A DNA stretch of 64,000 nucleotides from Octopus bimaculoides. Its lineage: Eukaryota. Shown in pieces: positions 13,946 through 27,556 of this stretch. The notes below the pieces were generated by a model that had not been told where the DNA came from, made no database searches, and saw only the letters and a program-made list of their open reading frames with translations. The stretch spans positions 87,615,086-87,679,085 of the forward strand of contig NC_068990.1 of the NCBI RefSeq assembly GCF_001194135.2. The letters are read 5' to 3'. The position numbers and the translations under genes are program-made. Each line of letters begins with the position of its first letter. Positions within the stretch are counted from its first letter, which is position 1.

Positions 13946-14424
13946 CACACACATACATACATACAGACGCGCGCGCGTATATAAATATATACACGCATCA
14001 AGATAAAGGTAAGAAACCTAAAATAACACATCGTTCCAACTTAAAATTCTCAAGAGCACAAATCAAAATCCTTTGGAAAGGTTTAAAAATTTCCGCCACA
14101 CCACAGTATCCTAATGCCAATGAAATGCGGAATGATATCTCTAATCATTCGAGAAAATTAAGATTAGCGGAAGAACATTTCGAAGAAGAAATCACTGATC
14201 AATCCAATGTGCAAAATAAGAGTCATTACAACCGAACAAAAGAGAGAAAGAAAACACATGACAAATATTTTGTGAGTTTATATTCATCTCCCCTTGCAAT
14301 GAACTTCCACTTTCATAACTGCAGCTCAGTACTAGTCGTACAGAATGGAGAACTATATATGAGCTATGTATGTATGTATGTATCTCTCTCCCTCTCTTTC
14401 TCTCTGTATGCATATACATATATA

Positions 14425-14482
<58 letters not shown>

Positions 14483-14996
14483 CATATATATANNNNNNNN
14501 NNNNNNNNNNNNNNNNNNNNNNNNNNNNNNNNNNNNNNNNNNNNNNNNNNNNNNNNNNNNNNNNNNNNNNNNNNNNNNNNNNNNNNNNNNNNNNNNNNNN
14601 NNNNNNNNNNNNNNNNNNNNNNNNNNNNNNNNNNNNNNNNNNNNNNNNNNNNNNNNNNNNNNNNNNNNNNNNNNNNNNNNNNNNNNNNNNNNNNNNNNNN
14701 NNNNNNNNNNNNNNNNNNNNNNNNNNNNNNNNNNNNNNNNNNNNNNNNNNNNNNNNNNNNNNNNNNNNNNNNNNNNNNNNNNNNNNNNNNNNNNNNNNNN
14801 NNNNNNNNNNNNNNNNNNNNNNNNNNNNNNNNNNNNNNNNNNNNNNNNNNNNNNNNNNNNNNNNNNNNNNNNNNNNNNNNNNNNNNNNNNNNNNNNNNNN
14901 NNNNNNNNNNNNNNNNNNNNNNNNNNNNNNNNNNNNNNNNNNNNNNNNNNNNNNNNNNNNNNNNNNNNNNNNNNNNNNNNNNNNNNNNNNNNNNNN

Positions 14997-15051
<55 letters not shown>

Positions 15052-15480
15052 TTTTTGTATATTTAAATACTGTTTGGTCTGGCTAGAAAATAACGCAGTA
15101 AAGAAGAGATTACTGAAATAATAATCTGTTATAGCAATCAGAAACAGCGTCACTTCTAGCACGTTCAAGTGTTTATCAATAAATCCTATAATACAGTGAT
15201 AATATTACCTGAAACAATGTATCATATTGTGTGAAAACGTCTACCATTAACACCAGCTAAATATAAAGAGAGCGGACAGAGCAACATAGACAAGAAACCA
15301 AATTGTTTTACATAGAACTGTAACCTGCCGCCGCCAGTTTCATGTATTGATATAGTTTAGAAGGGTCATTTACTAATAAATCAACACACGTTGACTGAAG
15401 TTCACTTCTTAATTGATTTAATGAAGTATTTTGTTAGAAATCTTTAACATTTTCTAAAAGTTACTTGCAACACATGTGGA

Positions 15481-15531
<51 letters not shown>

Positions 15532-15559
15532 GCGTGCGTGCATGTGTCTTATTCTTCAC

Positions 15560-15690
15560 TTGTTTCGATCATTGGACTGTAGTCTTACTGAGCAACGTCC
15601 CCAAGGGTGCAGTCGAATAGATCGATTGCCTAGGTACTGATTTTATCAGTTATTTTGCTGAAACGCTGAGTTACGGGTACAAACACGAGC
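15560..15690 (-). mobile_element. SINE family A, 3' half, highly diverged
   Basis: TTGTTTCGATCATTGGACTG...CTGAAACGCTGAGTTACGG resembles the other copies. Confidence 0.5.
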
Positions 15691-15868
15691 ACAAAGGTAC
15701 ATATACGTAAATATCCATAAATATAGATAGATAGATAGATAGATAGGTTTCTTTATTAGCCACACAGGNNNNNNNNNNNNNNNNNNNNNNNNNNNNNNNN
15801 NNNNNNNNNNNNNNNNNNNNNNNNNNNNNNNNNNNNNNNNNNNNNNNNNNNNNNNNNNNNNNNNNNNN

Positions 15869-15909
<41 letters not shown>

Positions 15910-16714
15910 CAAATATACGTATACATAGATGCATATATGGAATTGGAAATTTCCAAAAAGATCAGTGGCATTCTTTTTGAAAACACAGTTAATCTCTGAA
16001 GAGAACAATGATTAAATGAAGAACCAACATCTCTTCGACGCTGGGAAAGGAACGCTGCCTAGTTTAGTAGGTACGAAAAAGAACTTCAAGCATAAAATAA
16101 TGCTAATTCATTTCTAAGGAAAATTAAAGCAGCCCAGTTTTATTCACAAACATCAACAATTAAAAATTTCATCCACCAAAGGTTTTCAAAAAATAAGTCC
16201 AATTTCAGGTTCCTCAGTCAACAAAATGGTAGGGAAGTATTACTAACTGATAACATTTTTCTTCAGTAGAATAATAAAAAATAAATATTTTTAACACTTT
16301 TGTGTAAACACTTATTATATTACTTATTTATATTTCTCTTTTCTAACTGTCATATGACATATTCAATGGAGAAATGCTTTTATGAGCCCTCTTGCGCGCC
16401 TGCCACTTGAGAGTAATACGTGAACGTTGACCAGTCATGTTGTACAGTAACAGATAGCGTTCTGAGCCACATTTCTACTGCAAGAGAAACTATATTTATA
16501 ACACCGGTCAGGATAGACATAATTCCTGACAGGACACGTTACATTAAACACTTCTGAAAATTTATTGTGGAACCGGTCTAGAGTATTCCTTATTATACTA
16601 AAATATAAAGAAAGTCTAATTAAACTTATTATATTATTGGAAATCAAGCTTCTTAACCACACAGCTACGCCTACACATTATATTTGTAATCAGGATATAT
16701 CATAATGTTATACA

Positions 16715-16813
16715 GTGTTCTGAGTTCAATCCAACTGTGTGGCACCATGGGCTAGTGTCTTCTACTACTGCCCTAGAATACCTTCTGAATAGATTTGGTA
16801 GGCTCTTCATCTA

Positions 16814-16861
<48 letters not shown>

Positions 16862-17030
16862 TCTACCTGTTTAGATTGATAGATAGATAGATAGACAGTG
16901 TCTTTATATATATGTCTTCACTTCACCACTGCTTGACAGTTGGTGTTGGTTTGTTTACGTCTCCATATCTTAACGATTTGTCAAAAGCAACTGATAGAAT
17001 AAGTAACAGGTTTTAAAACATAAGTATCAA
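16715..17030 (+). mobile_element. SINE family A, diverged full-length copy
   Basis: Head remnant GTGTCTTCTACTA...GATTTGGTAG, internal (CTGT)n(CTAT)n, and 3' half CCACTGCTTGACA...GATAGAATAAGTA. Confidence 0.65.
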
Positions 17031-17229
17031 ATCCAGGACTTATTCTTTGTAAGCCTAGTACTTATTATATCGGGGTTTTTTGACGATCTGCTAAGTTACG
17101 GGAACGTAAACACAGCAGCAATGATTTTCAAGCGATTTTGTGCGGGGGCGGTCAAACACACACACACACACACACATATGTGTGTGTGTTTTACTGCCCC
17201 CACCCAAAATCGCTTGACAACCGATACTG

Positions 17230-17232
<3 letters not shown>
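17030..17232 (-). mobile_element. SINE family A 3' half with fold-back duplication
   Basis: CCAGGACTTATTCTTTGTAAGCCTAGTACTTATT followed by inverted arms around (CA)n/(TG)n. Confidence 0.8.
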
Positions 17233-17263
<31 letters not shown>

Positions 17264-17573
17264 NNNNNNNNNNNNNNNNNNNNNNNNNNNNNNNNNNNNN
17301 NNNNNNNNNNNNNNNNNNNNNNNNNNNNNNNNNNNNNNNNNNNNNNNNNNNNNNNNNNNNNNNNNNNNNNNNNNNNNNNNNNNNNNNNNNNNNNNNNNNN
17401 NNNNNNNNNNNNNNNNNNNNNNNNNNNNNNNNNNNNNNNNNNNNNNNNNNNNNNNNNNNNNNNNNNNNNNNNNNNNNNNNNNNNNNNNNNNNNNNNNNNN
17501 NNNNNNNNNNNNNNNNNNNNNNNNNNNNNNNNNNNNNNNNNNNNNNNNNNNNNNGATAGATAGATAGATAGAG

Positions 17574-17622
<49 letters not shown>

Positions 17623-17633
17623 TGCACACACAC

Positions 17634-17709
<76 letters not shown>

Positions 17710-18182
17710 TTATATATGTATATATCCATATATATATATATAATATATTATATAATATATATATGAATGTATATGCATCTCATTAAAACTATGATTTAAA
17801 TATGTTAAATCACACCCACATGCAGATATGTCACACGTACTCACACGAGCGAGCTCGGCTCCACGCCCACACAACATTGCACCTACGCGTATTGGTTAGA
17901 ATGACTTGTGTGCTTGTATGTATGTGTGCACGCACGTATTGTGAATGATTCTGTTGTCATGTGACAAAAGTAGTTATCCATTCAGTATAGTTATCATTCA
18001 CATGAATTCATTGCTGTTCGTTGTAAAGAGAGTTGGATTGAGCGAAAGAGTTAAAGAAGCATAGAAAGGGTGATAGAGTGAAGTAATTCTTGCACGGAGG
18101 AATGTATCTGTGAATGTGACTATGTCGATGCACATGTATTGGTTCCTAGTATTACCCATCTATCTATCTATCTATCTATCTA

Positions 18183-18215
<33 letters not shown>

Positions 18216-19182
18216 TTATATATGTGTATATATACATCGAGAGAGAGAGAGAGAGGGGGTAGATAGATGGATGAATGGTTAAACGGACGAAATGACGGAC
18301 GGATGAACGGACAGAATAGATGAACGTATATATNNNNNNNNNNNNNNNNNNNNNNNNNNNNNNNNNNNNNNNNNNNNNNNNNNNNNNNNNNNNNNNNNNN
18401 NNNNNNNNNNNNNNNNNNNNNNNNNNNNNNNNNNNNNNNNNNNNNNNNNNNNNNNNNNNNNNNNNNNNNNNNNNNNNNNNNNNNNNNNNNNNNNNNNNNN
18501 NNNNNNNNNNNNNNNNNNNNNNNNNNNNNNNNNNNNNNNNNNNNNNNNNNNNNNNNNNNNNNNNNNNNNNNNNNNNNNNNNNNNNNNNNNNNNNNNNNNN
18601 NNNNNNNNNNNNNNNNNNNNNNNNNNNNNNNNNNNNNNNNNNNNNNNNNNNNNNNNNNNNNNNNNNNNNNNNNNNNNNNNNNNNNNNNNNNNNNNNNNNN
18701 NNNNNNNNNNNNNNNNNNNNNNNNNNNNNNNNNNNNNNNNNNNNNNNNNNNNNNNNNNNNNNNNNNNNNNNNNNNNNNNNNNNNNNNNNNNNNNNNNNNN
18801 NNNNNNNNNNNNNNNNNNNNNNNNNNNNNNNNNNNNNNNNNNNNNNNNNNNNNNNNNNNNNNNNNNNNNNNNNNNNNNNNNNNNNNNNNNNNNNNNNNNN
18901 NNNNNNNNNNNNNNNNNNNNNNNNNNNNNNNNNNNNNNNNNNNNNNNNNNNNNNNNNNNNNNNNNNNNNNNNNNNNNNNNNNNNNNNNNNNNNNNNNNNN
19001 NNNNNNNNNNNNNNNNNNNNNNNNNNNNNNNNNNNNNNNNNNNNNNNNNNNNNNNNNNNNNNNNNNNNNNNNNNNNNNNNAGACAGACAAATATTAAAAA
19101 GATTAACGGATTTATAGCTTCATTTACAATCCAATCAGACATATCTCCTTCCGAATAGTTCCTTCCACTCTCATTTCTTTAC

Positions 19183-19400
19183 TGCCCACAACGGGCTACA
19201 CAGAGGGGACAAACAAGCACAGACAAACGGATTAAGTCGATTATACCGACCCCAGTGCGTAACTGGTACTTATTTAATCGACCCCGAAAGGATGAAAGGC
19301 AAAGTCGACCTAGGCGGAATTTGAACTCAGAACGTAAAGACAGACGAAATACTGCTCAGCATTTCGCCCGGCGTGCTAACGTTTCTGCCAACTCACCGCC
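19183..19400 (-). mobile_element. SINE family B, well preserved
   Basis: ACTGGTACTTATTTAATCGACCCCGAAAGGATGAAAGGCAAAGTCGACC...TTTGAACTCAGAACG. Its tail variant is shared with 47130-47195. Confidence 0.9.
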
Positions 19401-19629
19401 CTGTTCCTTCCACTCTTATTACACCGTTCCCCGTGGGTTTCTCACCACCATCTCCAGTTTTGGAATGCTCCTTAGAACGCTTTTTTATTGATAGGATGCA
19501 GCTCTTCTGAAATCAGAGACCGTTTAGAGTTTATTTCAAATTCGTTAATGGCCATTGACGGCAATGGCCATGCCTGGAGGTTAGCATAACTGGGAGACGA
19601 TCGTTATCTGGTGTTATCTCAATGTATCA

Positions 19630-20190
19630 TTTATAAGAAGTGAAGCTCGAATATGAACACCGTCGTGACGTCGAATCCAACTTTTGTATATCGAAGCCTG
19701 CCCCGCACAAACGCTACGGAGTTTAAAAAGTAAAACAGTTTATGAACCGTTTGACCACGTAGAAAAAATTTAATGAACGGGGCCTTTCCAATCCGGACAA
19801 ACCAATCAACAGCATCTTTACGTTTGAGCAACACAGACGTGCCTTTTTTGGTTGTGCGAACGACTGACATATTTTCCAACATTATAGCCGTACCTCACAT
19901 TTCTTTCCAGAAACATTTCATAACATTCTAATGGTCTAACTGCTCTTGACTGATAGGAATCGTTTCTCTTTTCATTCATCTGTAAGCAGAGACAGCAAAG
20001 GTTTTGCGGCAACACGATGCATCTTTAATTTTTCTTCTAAAATCACATTGTATAAATTTTAATAAAATCTACTTCTTCGGAAAATTTACACACTGTCTGG
20101 TGGCCATTTAAACAGCTCACAGCGTTCATTTTTGATATCTATTGTAGCGACATCAGTGGATGCGCTTCCCGTTTTCAAATGCTAGCACCA
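19630..20190 (-). mobile_element. Mariner transposase relic
   Basis: Minus-strand fragments ILEEKLKMHRVAAKPLLSLLTDE*KEKR, YGYNVGK and RGQTVHKLFY follow mariner transposase motif order. Multiple stops and frameshifts. Confidence 0.7.
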
Positions 20191-20432
20191 GACATGACCC
20201 TCCGTGGGGCTGTTACAACATTAGAAAGTCTCCGTTAAAGTTATCCCTAAATTAAAACAGAATTTCACTAAACAAGTCGGTCTTCCAAACTATAACTTGC
20301 TTGATGCGAGAACACAGTCAAAACTCTTGTGAGAACTCTCTGGTGGAGACTGCCTCGACTAAAAACATCAACCTCTACAATGGCAGTAAGTGCTCTTTCT
20401 TCAAGCAGTCAACACTAAACGTATATATATAT

Positions 20433-20477
<45 letters not shown>

Positions 20478-21731
20478 NNNNNNNNNNNNNNNNNNNNNNN
20501 NNNNNNNNNNNNNNNNNNNNNNNNNNNNNNNNNNNNNNNNNNNNNNNNNNNNNNNNNNNNNNNNNNNNNNNNNNNNNNNNNNNNNNNNNNNNNNNNNNNN
20601 NNNNNNNNNNNNNNNNNNNNNNNNNNNNNNNNNNNNNNNNNNNNNNNNNNNNNNNNNNNNNNNNNNNNNNNNNNNNNNNNNNNNNNNNNNNNNNNNNNNN
20701 NNNNNNNNNNNNNNNNNNNNNNNNNNNNNNNNNNNNNNNNNNNNNNNNNNNNNNNNNNNNNNNNNNNNNNNNNNNNNNNNNNNNNNNNNNNNNNNNNNNN
20801 NNNNNNNNNNNNNNNNNNNNNNNNNNNNNNNNNNNNNNNNNNNNNNNNNNNNNNNNNNNNNNNNNNNNNNNNNNNNNNNNNNNNNNNNNNNNNNNNNNNN
20901 NNNNNNNNNNNNNNNNNNNNNNNNNNNNNNNNNNNNNNNNNNNNNNNNNNNNNNNNNNNNNNNNNNNNNNNNNNNNNNNNNNNNNNNNNNNNNNNNNNNN
21001 NNNNNNNNNNNNNNNNNNNNNNNNNNNNNNNNNNNNNNNNNNNNNNNNNNNNNNNNNNNNNNNNNNNNNNNNNNNNNNNNNNNNNNNNNNNNNNNNNNNN
21101 NNNNNNNNNNATATATATATATATATATATATATATACCAGAATGCTATATACACAAATTAATTCCGGTTGCTAAACTTCAATTAGATCTCTTTTGAGTT
21201 GGATGTATATTTTGGGAATTGTATTGTTTTGAATTTTGTATTTAGAAAGATAGAAATATAATTTTCCCATCAACGTTCTCCACACACACACCCACCCACC
21301 CACACGCTCATACACATACATACACACACACACCGTCACCGTGTGTCTGTATTGATGACTTCACATGGAAAATTTTTCAAAATGAAATACTTCGTAAATT
21401 TTGTTTTCTATTCATACGTTTGACCGACTGAGCTGTTACTGATTCTTGTAAAGAGGAACCCTATATATGGTCAAAGCTATTATTATTTTTTTAAAGTATA
21501 TATATACATGTGTGTGTGTGTTTACATTGATTGTTGAATTTTGCGTGAGAACTCAAATCAAGCATAAAAATGTAGATGAGTGATCATGAGTGCGTAAAAA
21601 TTTGACGGCAAATGTAATTCCAGCAGGAAAACAATAATATATGTAACCCAGATATGTTTATTAAAGAATTAAATTCCTGGCATTACAACAACAACAAAAC
21701 TAGTTTGCATCTGCCTGAGTTTTTCTTGTTT

Positions 21732-21772
<41 letters not shown>

Positions 21773-22599
21773 CGTAATCAGAGGAGGAGAGGCATTGGCC
21801 ATGACTGTTTCGGGATTGCCAACATTCAGGGAAGGAAACGGGTTCGTTTTTCTAAGACAGACAGCCTAGCGTGTATGTTTACGATAAAGTGGATTTTGCC
21901 AAATGCATTCATGGGTGAAATTGCGGTTTTGTATTAGATGGTGGATTATATCTGACAACCAACAACAAAGGCAGGCTTCCAAACAGATTTAACTGACCCG
22001 AGGTAACGATAGAACCCAGTTGCCTTTGGTTCTATATGGAATCGAAACCGATACCAAGTAATTGTGTCAAAAACTTCCTAACCATAAAACTACAATTGTT
22101 AGATAATTATTTGATTTTTATTTTGAGATGTTCAAATTATTATTGATACCGTTTTCAATTTTATACAGCATATATTCTATTATAAATTTCAAAATACTTG
22201 TATGTTGACAGTTTCTATAGCTCCTTCTAATTGACTATTTAGTTTAAAAAAGGGACCGAGATGTCTAGCTGAGTACATAGATTTAAGTTCCTAGCCTTGA
22301 GAAATATATTGCTACGGCATGACTTAATCTCCTTGTCTATCTATACGAACATATCTCAGACAATTGCAACCCGGTTGTTGTCATGTACCGTCTATGGTAC
22401 ATCTTCATAGTACTTCACATCTATTTCCTTACATGTCGAAATGTCGGTATATTTTCCACTGGTTATATTCATCATGATCCTCATAGTTACCTACTGAGAA
22501 TTGTATGAAATGTATTCTATTCATTAAGGACATAACTGCATTTGCTTTCGGTGTCTTTTTTTATTTGTCCACCTAAAAGAAATTATTTCATGATGATAA

Positions 22600-22840
22600 T
22601 CGTTTAGATGGTGTTTTTAACTCAGAACGCACAGTCAGAATAGTTACCACAACGCACACCATCCGACGCTCTAACGATTCTGCAAATCCACTGCTTTCGG
22701 TTGGTGCTTCATTTATCGATTCTGAAAGAATGAAAGGCACAGTTGACCTCGGCGGAATTTTAAACTAGAGAGCGTAGAACCTGGACAGACGCAGAAAAGG
22801 TATTTAATTCGAGACTGTAACGCTTCTGTCATTTAGCTGT
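22600..22840 (-). mobile_element. Two adjacent degraded SINE family B fragments
   Basis: AACTCAGAACG...CTAACGATTCTGC, then ATTTATCGA..GAAAGAATGAAAGGC..GTTGACCTCGGCGGAATTT. Confidence 0.6.
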
Positions 22841-24482
22841 CTTAGTATAGCTACTAGCAAGAACATGTAAGAGGATATACTTGGACTTATCAAAGACTGG
22901 GCGGTCAGAAATGATGCCGACAGTTATCTCATTGGACAAATTGTGTTGTCTGCACCCGAGAGCAGCTGCTTGTTTCATGATTTAGATTTTATAGTTATTT
23001 GCGGCTGGGTGGTCTTGATCTCATGAAACATAAGTCAGCCTATTCATTCCCGCCTTTATCTCAGAATCAAAAGCTCTCAACTAAATGTTAAAGTTTGATT
23101 TTAGCTTTTATTCCGGCATACTTCCTCTCTGTTGAGTCTTGCTAAATACAAACCATAAAATGTTTTATCTCTCTACTTTTGATTTAGTTTATTTTGAAAC
23201 TCCATTGTTACTTTTTGTTATATTATTTTAACAGTTTCATTTGTTTTCTCATTTTCTTATTTTTCTCCTGTATAATTCGGATCTACTTTGTACTTTAATG
23301 TTACCATAAATAATGAGACAGTTTCCTTTAGGGTAATGTATGTTTCTTTATTACACTCATCAGTTCTCTTTACTCACTTCTAAACAGTAATTAGTCTCTG
23401 TTGTTACTATTTGCAAGCAGGTATATCCTATCGTCTTTGTGGAGACTTGTGCATTTTCCGTTCTCTGAGTTATGTTGTGGTGTTTATATTATTTGGCTTG
23501 GAGTATGTGATCTTTTTTCTCTGATCCGTAGTTTATTTTATTTTCACTGCGTATTCTTTCCCTGAAATGCTCTACTTTATTTTATCTTATTTCATTTATT
23601 TATAAGAGGAATCTTATTATTTCTTAGTGTCCTTACATTCGCCAGTGTGCTTACATTTATATTTATAAATAGGTAGGTTTTGTTCATAGAGCTTGCGTGG
23701 GTTGGATAAAGCATTGATGCACATAACAATGTAATATAATCCACCCAATGCTCGTTTCTTTTTTTATTGGTTTAACGTTTTGTTCAATATTACATTTTTG
23801 ATAACTCTTTACTTATTGGCCACAAGGGCTGCGAAAATATCTAGAACCATATATAGACAACGTGTAAACAATTTAGAACCATATATAGTCAAAGAAAACG
23901 CGTAAACAATAAAAACCAATAACAATTAGCAAAAACATTTTACCAAATTCCCCAGTGGGTGGGGGAAGTACCATCAAGGGTCTACCAAGGAACCCCATAG
24001 ATCTCGATTCACTTTACTCACCAGGAGTACCATGTCAAGTACCCCTCTCTCCTCCTTACTCCTCAGCCTACAGGCACCAACTAAGAGTAGGCCCACTCAC
24101 TCGGACCAACCTCGTCACATTCACCCACCTTTTAGCAAATTTACTGGTGGTGGTGGGGTGGGGGAAGCACATACTCATCAACCTTCACCTTCCTTTCAAA
24201 TGAAATTTAAAGAAGTCGATGAGGACTTGGTCGAAGAGGAACGCAACTGTCTTCAGTCATTTCAGTCTCATCTACCAAACAATCGTTTTTGCCATAGCCA
24301 CCAAATACAAATAAACCGCCTGTCCTTCTTAACCAAAGGAAGTTGACTGAGTTTTGTTCTTACAATTCAGCTAATGACTTCTTTGTCCCATAGTTGTGAA
24401 CATCCAAGCCAAAGGCGAGATTAAAGAATGACTACCAATATTTGATATAGTAAACATATACACACACATATGCATTTATACG

Positions 24483-24534
<52 letters not shown>

Positions 24535-26065
24535 TACGTGTGTGTATGTGTGTCTACTATACACACACATAAATAAATTCTTTGTGAAAGACTTGCGACT
24601 CTAAACGCTACCAAAATAAGGATGAAGGATTATTCCTTTGAACTGTCGTGCTTTGAAAAAAAAGCAATTCTAAAAATGTATTACACAACATCGGAATAGA
24701 TAATAATCCCTTTGCAGAGGAGCATAAAATTTGCGATTGAGTGGCATCCTGTGTCGGAGAATATTTTTTCTCATCTACTTAATGGCATGAATACGGAAAG
24801 TCTCACCAAATTGAGAGATCAAAGAAGAGTAAGAGAACGGTGGAGAGAAAACGAGAAATGAACGCTGGGAGAAAGGAGGAGGAGGTAGAAAGAGAACGGA
24901 GATATTGTAAAGTAATTCAGTTTCCAAATATACAATTTCGTCTTTCTGGTAATTTCAGTGGGTTTGTTTCAGTAATTCTATTTTCAAACTTTAGTAATTG
25001 TATAATTGTATAAACGAGCAATGCAGGATCTAGAAGATTTACAGCATCTCCAATCAACATCATCGTGAACAACAGTTATCAATGAAAATAATGGTGATAA
25101 TAATATAACATCAGCAACAACTATCGAAATACTGAAAAAACAAGCAGCGTTAAGATGAAAGAGAAAGTAATCCAGTCATTAACTAAATAAAAGCGCCAAC
25201 GGATCAAACGAACGGCTAAGCATTAGTTTCGTCTAAAGATTTACACAATTATTATCAAACCAGACAGAGATTAATTAAATCCAACGAACGTACTTTGAAA
25301 TACGAAAGCAGATACACCTTAGAATAATAAACATTATCAACAACGAGTTGGCCCGTTGCTGAAGCTCACATTTCATTTTGTTTGTTGTTGGTGTTGTTTT
25401 TATTGCTAATGTATGTATTGGTTAAAAACATCACTGTATTTAAAGAAAAATAACATCGATCCCGAGAGATGCTTCACCAACCTCCTTACGCTATAACTTC
25501 CTAAATAAAAGATACTGCACACTCTCTCTCTCCCCCTCTCTCTCTCCCTCTCTCCCCCTCTCNNNNNNNNNNNNNNNNNNNNNNNNNNNNNNNNNNNNNN
25601 NNNNNNNNNNNNNNNNNNNNNNNNNNNNNNNNNNNNNNNNNNNNNNNNNNNNNNNNNNNNNNNNNNNNNNNNNNNNNNNNNNNNNNNNNNNNNNNNNNNN
25701 NNNNNNNNNNNNNNNNNNNNNNNNNNNNNNNNNNNNNNNNNNNNNGTAAGTGTACTGTAGGGAAATTTGGATATGTATTAATGGGGATTTTTACACTGAA
25801 AATATCCAGATGTATGATCTTTCTCGGAATTAGAGGATTTGAAAGAATTTACTAAAAACCTTAAATAAACACACTAATTTCCCGATGTTTGAGTTTAGAA
25901 CATCACTTTAATTTTATTACTCAAAAATTATTTTGTCTGGCGAACGGAGAAGATTTTTCCAACTATTTTCCTGAGCCATAGCTACCAAACGAAACGATGG
26001 ATTGATGGAGTGATGGATTGTGTCAATCGTATACAAAAGTAAAGAACTCTTCTATCTATCTATCT

Positions 26066-26092
26066 ATTATCATTATCATTATTATTATTATT

Positions 26093-26155
<63 letters not shown>

Positions 26156-26166
26156 ATTGCTATTAT
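26066..26166. repeat. (TAT)n(TGT)n microsatellite
   Basis: Seen directly. Confidence 0.98.
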
Positions 26167-26645
26167 TTCAAGATTGAAGTTACTCTTCAAGAAAGTAAAG
26201 AAACAAGAAGACCGCGAGAGTGATTAGTAAATAAAGAGATTGAGTCCGTTTATTAAAATGAAAATTAATCGAATGAACAATATTTCGCTACTCCGTGTGT
26301 CTGTGTCTTTTACAAGGTCAAAATATAAATTGAAATGAAATTCTGAAATTCAAAGATAGGAAAAGCTGAAACATTCAAATTTTAAACTTGAATAACTGCG
26401 ATTCTTTCCAAGTAAAACGACGTCATCAATCTTCGGTCTTTTACAAAAGGTAGCAAAAAGAAGGAAACAAAGAAAGAAAAGGACGAAAAAGAAAGAATAG
26501 GATTGGGGAAAAAGAATTATCGAGTTAAAAAGTTTAGTATGCATATGGTGGAATTCACCTGACATTTTATTAATTCCTCATTTTCATTTTAATAAACAGA
26601 GTCAATCTCTATTTATTACCAATAGCAGTCGCGCTCTTCTTCTTG

Positions 26646-26679
<34 letters not shown>

Positions 26680-26690
<11 letters not shown>

Positions 26691-26970
26691 TGAGTGAGAG
26701 CGCAGTGCATGCCATCATAATGACACCGAGGTAAAATATACGAAGCCCAGTATACTCATTGTGACTACCCGTCTGATAAGGGTACACTAGGCACGTGCAT
26801 CACAGCCATATGTGCTTGACATGATGATCTCATATAATGATAAACAGCGCATGGCCTTGCAGGTGAGACCCAGTTAGAACTTTCGTCAGGTCGAGTAGCC
26901 CATCCCGCTCAAAAGGTCCATGAATAAGGGTTGTTTATGGACGTTGAATGAAACACCCATGTTTCCAGGG
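26680..26970 (-). mobile_element. Retroposon 3' end with (TAA)n tail
   Basis: GC-richer interspersed sequence that abuts (TAT)n at about 26651-26687, which reads as a (TAA)n tail on the minus strand. Resembles a recalled octopus repeat. Confidence 0.45.
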
Positions 26971-27206
26971 GGATATACTTTTCCAGATCAAAGATACATT
27001 GTAACCACGGAGAATTTATTTATATATTCATTTGTTCATTTTTTGTTATTTTCTTATTGTAAGTAAACTGAATATTTAAAATAATGAATTAAGTAAGCTA
27101 TTCGATATTTTCATCAAATTAAACATATTTATAAGTTCTATCCAGTTAATTTTAATCAAACACTACACCCAGATTATGAGGATAATATTTCGACATTAAT
27201 CTAGAT

Positions 27207-27556
27207 CAGTGGTTCTTAGTTAGTGTCCATATGGCCCCTTAGGGTCCGTATAAGATTTTCGGGGTCAATGCAACAAAATAGTAAATTGGGGATCAACAAT
27301 AGTATTTCAAAGGTCCCTAAAAATAAATTGCTTTAGATGTATGTACTTGTATGTATTGCAAAGAACAGGTTTGTTTCACTAACATTTTACATAGCACAAC
27401 CTACACACGTTAATGCGTGAAAAACAAAATACGAATTTTGAAAGAAGATTCTATAAAGCTAATTTTTAAACATTGAAACGGCTATGGGGGGTCTACCAAA
27501 ATTAAACAGTAATCAAACGGGCCCATAGATAAAAAAAAAATCGATGAAATTCCCTG
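27207..27556. mobile_element. hAT (Charlie/Buster-like) MITE relic
   Basis: Starts CAGTGGTTCT and ends ...AATTCCCTG. Flanked by 8-bp near-direct repeats ATCTAGAT (27199-27206) and ATCTACAT (27557-27564), which fit the nTCTAGAn hAT target preference. Confidence 0.65.

Noticed and set aside
21734-21772. Long poly-T as a retrocopy tail
   Set aside because: No TSD and no recognisable retroposed body next to it.
23310-23365. Minus-strand CTGATGAG...GAAA
   Set aside because: The intervening sequence cannot form a stem II adjacent to GAAA; a chance match.
24032-24346. 104-aa ORF MSSTPLSS...
   Set aside because: No recognisable domain or splice support; probably chance in locally GC-richer DNA.
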